A stretch of DNA of 11,492 nucleotides, taken from contig CAZHPN010000185.1 of NCBI GenBank assembly GCA_964534375.1, forward strand, positions 1 to 11,492, in the 5' to 3' direction. Numbering within the stretch: the stretch's first letter is position 1; each line of letters opens with the position of its first letter. Position numbers and translations under genes: made by a program. Source of the DNA: an uncultured bacterium (lineage in GTDB: Bacteria; Lernaellota; Lernaellaia; Lernaellales; Lernaellaceae). The notes beneath the pieces are model-generated. The model saw only the letters and a program-made list of their open reading frames with translations, was not told the DNA's origin and did no database searches. Positions 7,827 to 11,492 of this stretch are shown here, one piece after another.

Positions 7827-9959
7827 ATGATCCGACTGGAAAAAATCAGCCTGTCGCACGTCGGCCCGTTCGCCGAGAAGGATCTGGAGTTTTCGCCGGG
7901 CCTCAACTTGGTGATCGGGCCGAACGAGTCGGGCAAGACGACCGCCGCGCGCGCTATTCTCGCGGCGATCGTCGGCGAACCGAACGCCGAGCGGCTGCAC
8001 CGCCGCACGCACGCCGGGGCCTTCGGGGCCGCCGTGCGCCTCGCGACCGACGACGGCGCCTGGATCATCGACCGCAACTTCGAATCGCACGACGTGCGCG
8101 TGCTGCAGGTCACGGACGGCCACGCGGTCGAGCGCTTTCGCGGCCCGCTGCCGCCGCGCGCCCGCAGTGCGCACGTGCAGGCCTACCGCCAACTGGTGGC
8201 GCCGTTGTTCGGCCTGCCCGACCTGCAATTGCTGCCGCCGCTGCTGGGCGGCGAATTGGAGCGCGTCTGGTCCGACGAGGCGGCGGCGCACCTGCGGCAG
8301 CTCCTGTCGGGCCAACTGCTGCACGATCACGAGAAAGTCAAAAAAGCGCTGCTCGAAAAATACTTCGCGATCACCAAGGTGAACCCGATCGGGCGCAACC
8401 GCGGCAAAGCCGGCCGGCTCGAACTCGTGGAGGAACAGCTTCAGGAATGCCAGGCGGCGTTCGACCGCGCGCTCGCCTCCGCCGACGAATTCGCCAAGGC
8501 CGAGGCGCTCTTTACGCTCGGCGAACAACGGCAGGCCGCCATCGATAAGGAAATTCAGGCCGTTGCGCTAAGCCTCGAGCGGCTGGCGACGGTGCGCGCC
8601 GTCCGCGAAAAACTCGCCAAAGCGGAGGAAAGAGCGCAGGCCCTGGCGCTGGACCAACGGCAAAACGCTGCGCTGCAGGCGAAACTGGCCGAAATGCAGA
8701 CGGCGCTGCGGGCGCTCGCCGCGGTCGACGCGCTGACCGACGAGCAGGCGCTGGCGTTGCGGCGCAAACGCGGATTGCTGGCGACCGCGGACGAACGCGA
8801 AGCGCGCTGGTCCGCCGCCGCGCAGGAAGAAAACGGCCGGCCGCGGGCGGCGTGGCGCTGGGGCGCGGCGGCCCTGCTCGCGGTCGCGGCGCTGGGCGCC
8901 GCGGGGCTCCTATTGCTGCCGGCGTGGCGGCTCGTCGTCGCCATCGTCGCCGGCGTCGCGGGCGCGGCTGGCCTCGCCTGGACGGCCCGCGGCTGGCTGC
9001 TCGCGAGCGCGGTGAAAAAAGCGCGGCAGGCGCGGCTGCAGGATCTGGCGGCCGATCGCGACCAAGCGCTGGCCGAGGCGGCGGGCCTCGCGGTCGGCGC
9101 CGGTCTCGATCATTTGGGCGCGGCGGAAATCGAGGAAACGCTGCAACGCGTCGAGGCCGCGCGCGGCCTGCGGCAGCAGGCCGAACGCGTGCGCGCGCAA
9201 CTCGAGATTCTGCCGCCGCTCGCGGAACTCGATCAGGCGCAGGCGCAACTGACGCAGCAAACCGCGCAGGCCCAGGCCGAGTTGGCGCGCCTGCTCGCCG
9301 AGAGTCCGGAATTGAACGGCGAGCCGGCCACGCTCGCCACCGCCTTCGCCGCGCGCCGCGACGCGCTGGCCGCGGCGCTGTCCAACGCGCAACGCGAACG
9401 CGACGACGCGCTCTCGCTGGTGGGGCAATCCCGCGCGCGGCTGGACAATCCAGCGGCGTGGCGCGAGCAGCTCGCCGACCTGGCCGCCGAAAAAGATCAT
9501 CTGCTCGTCGAAGGCCAGGCGCTGTGGATCGCCGTGGAAACGATGGACGAAGCGCTGACCGGCTTCATGGACGAAGACCTGGCGCGCCTGGCCGGCGGAA
9601 CCCAGGCGCTGTTCGACCAACTGGTCGCCGGCAATCGGCGGGCCGTGGCCGTCGCGCCCGACCTGTCGCCGAAGCTGACGGCCGGCGAGGCGGAGTTCGA
9701 CCTGGAGTTGCTGTCGCGCGCGACGGCTGAGCAATTGCTGCTTTGCCGCCGGCTGGCGCTGCTCGATCATTTGACCGGCGACGCCCGCGCGCCGCTGTGG
9801 CTCGACGACGCCGCGCTCGGCTACGATCGGGCCCGCCGCGCGCACTTGCTCGACCTGCTTCGCGAAGTCGCCCGGCGCCGTCAGGTGATCCTGTTCACGC
9901 CGGACGAGGAACTCGCCGATCTCGCGGGGGAAGCGGCGCACGTCGTGCGCCTGACGTGA
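7827..9959 (+). CDS. SbcC/Rad50/SMC-like (YhaN-like) coiled-coil ATPase with a central hydrophobic hairpin
   Basis: N-terminal Walker A GPNESGKTT (7917-7943), long coiled coils, and C-terminal LSRATAEQ…PLWLDD…QVILFT. Confidence 0.9.
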   Translation: MIRLEKISLSHVGPFAEKDLEFSPGLNLVIGPNESGKTTAARAILAAIVGEPNAERLHRRTHAGAFGAAVRLATDDGAWIIDRNFESHDVRVLQVTDGHAVERFRGPLPPRARSAHVQAYRQLVAPLFGLPDLQLLPPLLGGELERVWSDEAAAHLRQLLSGQLLHDHEKVKKALLEKYFAITKVNPIGRNRGKAGRLELVEEQLQECQAAFDRALASADEFAKAEALFTLGEQRQAAIDKEIQAVALSLERLATVRAVREKLAKAEERAQALALDQRQNAALQAKLAEMQTALRALAAVDALTDEQALALRRKRGLLATADEREARWSAAAQEENGRPRAAWRWGAAALLAVAALGAAGLLLLPAWRLVVAIVAGVAGAAGLAWTARGWLLASAVKKARQARLQDLAADRDQALAEAAGLAVGAGLDHLGAAEIEETLQRVEAARGLRQQAERVRAQLEILPPLAELDQAQAQLTQQTAQAQAELARLLAESPELNGEPATLATAFAARRDALAAALSNAQRERDDALSLVGQSRARLDNPAAWREQLADLAAEKDHLLVEGQALWIAVETMDEALTGFMDEDLARLAGGTQALFDQLVAGNRRAVAVAPDLSPKLTAGEAEFDLELLSRATAEQLLLCRRLALLDHLTGDARAPLWLDDAALGYDRARRAHLLDLLREVARRRQVILFTPDEELADLAGEAAHVVRLT

Positions 9960-10082
9960 CCGGCCGGGAAATATCGGCGGGCGGCTGAACCGCGCCGCCG
10001 CGGGGCGGGTCAAGGTTTCCGGCAAGCGGATTCGTCGGCGCAGGGGGGCCGCGGGGGGCGAGAAAAAAGTTTTCTCAGCCCC

Positions 10083-10111
10083 TTGCCAGATGGTTAATTT
10101 TTTGCTTGAAT
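10083..10111 (+). promoter_or_regulatory. Possible promoter of the fadN-like gene
   Basis: TTGCCA (10083-10088), a 17-bp spacer ending TGC, then TTGAAT (10106-10111). The -10 lacks the usual second-position A and overlaps the palindrome. Confidence 0.35.
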
Positions 10112-10124
10112 GAGCGCTCATTCA
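10107..10124. promoter_or_regulatory. Perfect 18-bp palindromic operator, likely bound by a TetR-family (FadR/YsiA-type) repressor
   Basis: TGAATGAGCGCTCATTCA is exactly self-complementary and lies upstream of a beta-oxidation gene. Confidence 0.75.
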
Positions 10125-10279
10125 GTTGCTTTGTGCATGGGGTTCCGTTGTCTCTTCCGATTCGCAAAACATCTTCAAGACTGCCGTTCGTCGCAGCGGC
10201 GCACGACGGTTCTTACATACGCAACAACGTCTTGTTTAGCGACACCAATTCCTTAGATTACTCAAGGAGGTAGCTTAGC

Positions 10280-11492
10280 ATGAGACAGATCCGAAAAGCT
10301 GCGGTGTTGGGCTCCGGCGTCATGGGCAGCGCCATCGCCGCGCATCTGGCCGGGTGCGGCATCCCGGTCGTGATGCTGGATATCGTTCCATTCCCCAACA
10401 TGCTCACCCCGGCCGAGCAGGCCAAAGTGGCCACGGACAAGAAAGTCCGCAACAAACTGGCGAACGACAGCCTGGCGGCGGCGTTGAAAGCCAAGATTCC
10501 GGCTTTCTACACCAAGAAGGCGGCGTCGATCATCGAGACGGGCAACTTCGACGACGACATCGCCAAGATCAACGACGCCGACTGGATCATCGAAGTCGTC
10601 GTCGAGCGGATGGACATCAAGAAAAAGATTCTCAAGCTGATCGATGAGAATCGCAAAGCGGACTCGATCGTCTCGACGAACACGTCGGGCCTCTCGATCA
10701 ACGAGATGGTGGCCGAGTGTTCCGAAAGCATGCAAGAACATTTCATGGGCACTCACTTTTTCAACCCGGTGCGGTTCATGAAGCTGCTGGAAATCATCCC
10801 GCACCAGAAGACGAAGACCGAATACCTGAAGTTCATGGAAACGTTCTGCGCCGAAGTGCTCGGCAAAGGCGTGATCTGGGGCAAAGACACCCCGAACTTC
10901 GTCGCCAACCGCATCGGCGTCCACGGCATGATGGGCACCATGAAGGCGATGACCGAACTCGGCCTGCGTATCGACGAAGTCGACGCCATCGTCGGGCAGC
11001 CGATGGGCCGCCCGAAGACCGCCGCGTTCAAGACCTCCGACATGGTCGGCCTCGATACGCTGAAGCACGTCGCCGAAACCGTTTATAACGGCTGCGCCGA
11101 CGACCCGGAACGCGATTGCTTCAAGCCGCCGGAAGTCCTGACCAAGCTGGTCGAGAAAAAGTGGCTCGGCGACAAGACGAAGGGCGGCTTCTATAAGAAA
11201 GACGGCAAGAAGCGCCTGGTCATCGACTGGAAGACGATGGAATACGTCGAATCGATCAAGCCGGAATTCGCGGCCCTCAAGGCGGCGAAGAAGGAAGAGA
11301 CCCTCGAAAAGAAGATCGCGGCGATCGTCTACAGCGACGACAAGGCCGGCCAATTCGCGTGGAAAGTGGCGAGCGACGGCTTGCTGTACACCGCGAAACG
11401 CATTCCGGAAATCACCGACGCGATCGTCGAAATCGACCACGGCATGGAATGGGGCTTCAACTGGAAGCTCGGCCCGTTCCGCACGTGGGACG
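10280..11492 (+). CDS. fadN: 3-hydroxyacyl-CoA dehydrogenase, FadN/FadB type (5' part; runs off the window)
   Basis: Not in the ORF track because no stop falls in the window. Manual translation gives MRQIRKAAVLGSGVMGSAIAAHLA…DWIIEVVVERMDIKK…STNTSGL…GTHFFNPVRFMKLLE…KDTPNFVANRIG. SD AAGGAGGT at 10264-10271. Confidence 0.93.
   Translation, partial: MRQIRKAAVLGSGVMGSAIAAHLAGCGIPVVMLDIVPFPNMLTPAEQAKVATDKKVRNKLANDSLAAALKAKIPAFYTKKAASIIETGNFDDDIAKINDADWIIEVVVERMDIKKKILKLIDENRKADSIVSTNTSGLSINEMVAECSESMQEHFMGTHFFNPVRFMKLLEIIPHQKTKTEYLKFMETFCAEVLGKGVIWGKDTPNFVANRIGVHGMMGTMKAMTELGLRIDEVDAIVGQPMGRPKTAAFKTSDMVGLDTLKHVAETVYNGCADDPERDCFKPPEVLTKLVEKKWLGDKTKGGFYKKDGKKRLVIDWKTMEYVESIKPEFAALKAAKKEETLEKKIAAIVYSDDKAGQFAWKVASDGLLYTAKRIPEITDAIVEIDHGMEWGFNWKLGPFRTWD

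Noticed and set aside
9960..10080. Possible intrinsic terminator after the ATPase gene
   Set aside because: Only short or AT-rich hairpins (GAGAAAA…TTTTCTC) are present, with no strong GC stem directly followed by a U-tract.
5884..10121. Long minus-strand ORFs (385, 629, 263 and 403 aa)
   Set aside because: Antisense to well-supported nuclease, racemase and ATPase genes; they cross gene boundaries and show no family motifs.
10180..10210. Hairpin in the fadN leader as a possible riboswitch
   Set aside because: A single imperfect stem with no recognisable aptamer motif; the operator already accounts for regulation.
10262..11440. 392-aa minus-strand ORF
   Set aside because: Shadow of the plus-strand fadN-like gene, which has a strong SD and clear motifs.

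Overview
GC-rich bacterial chromosomal window with mostly housekeeping genes. In order: a divergent stand-alone IF-1 (infA-like) gene; a minus-strand ftsY with an N-terminal membrane anchor followed by a small unknown ORF; a plus-strand run of xseB, dxs, tlyA, an SbcD/Mre11 (YhaO-like) nuclease, an Asp/Glu-racemase-family gene and an SbcC/Rad50 (YhaN-like) ATPase; and the 5' part of a FadN/FadB-like 3-hydroxyacyl-CoA dehydrogenase behind a perfect 18-bp palindromic operator. Three things stand out. (1) Four intergenic regions carry related REP/MITE-like imperfect palindromes built from 9-nt units (C[A/G/C]CAGA[G/T]NN), each starting at or just after a stop codon. (2) The racemase has a predicted signal peptide and a Ser/Cys catalytic pair, and it splits the nuclease-ATPase pair. 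(3) The Rad50-like ATPase has a hydrophobic hairpin where the zinc hook normally sits, and both it and its nuclease have non-canonical motifs. All calls come from manual motif recognition and hand alignment; no database searches were run.
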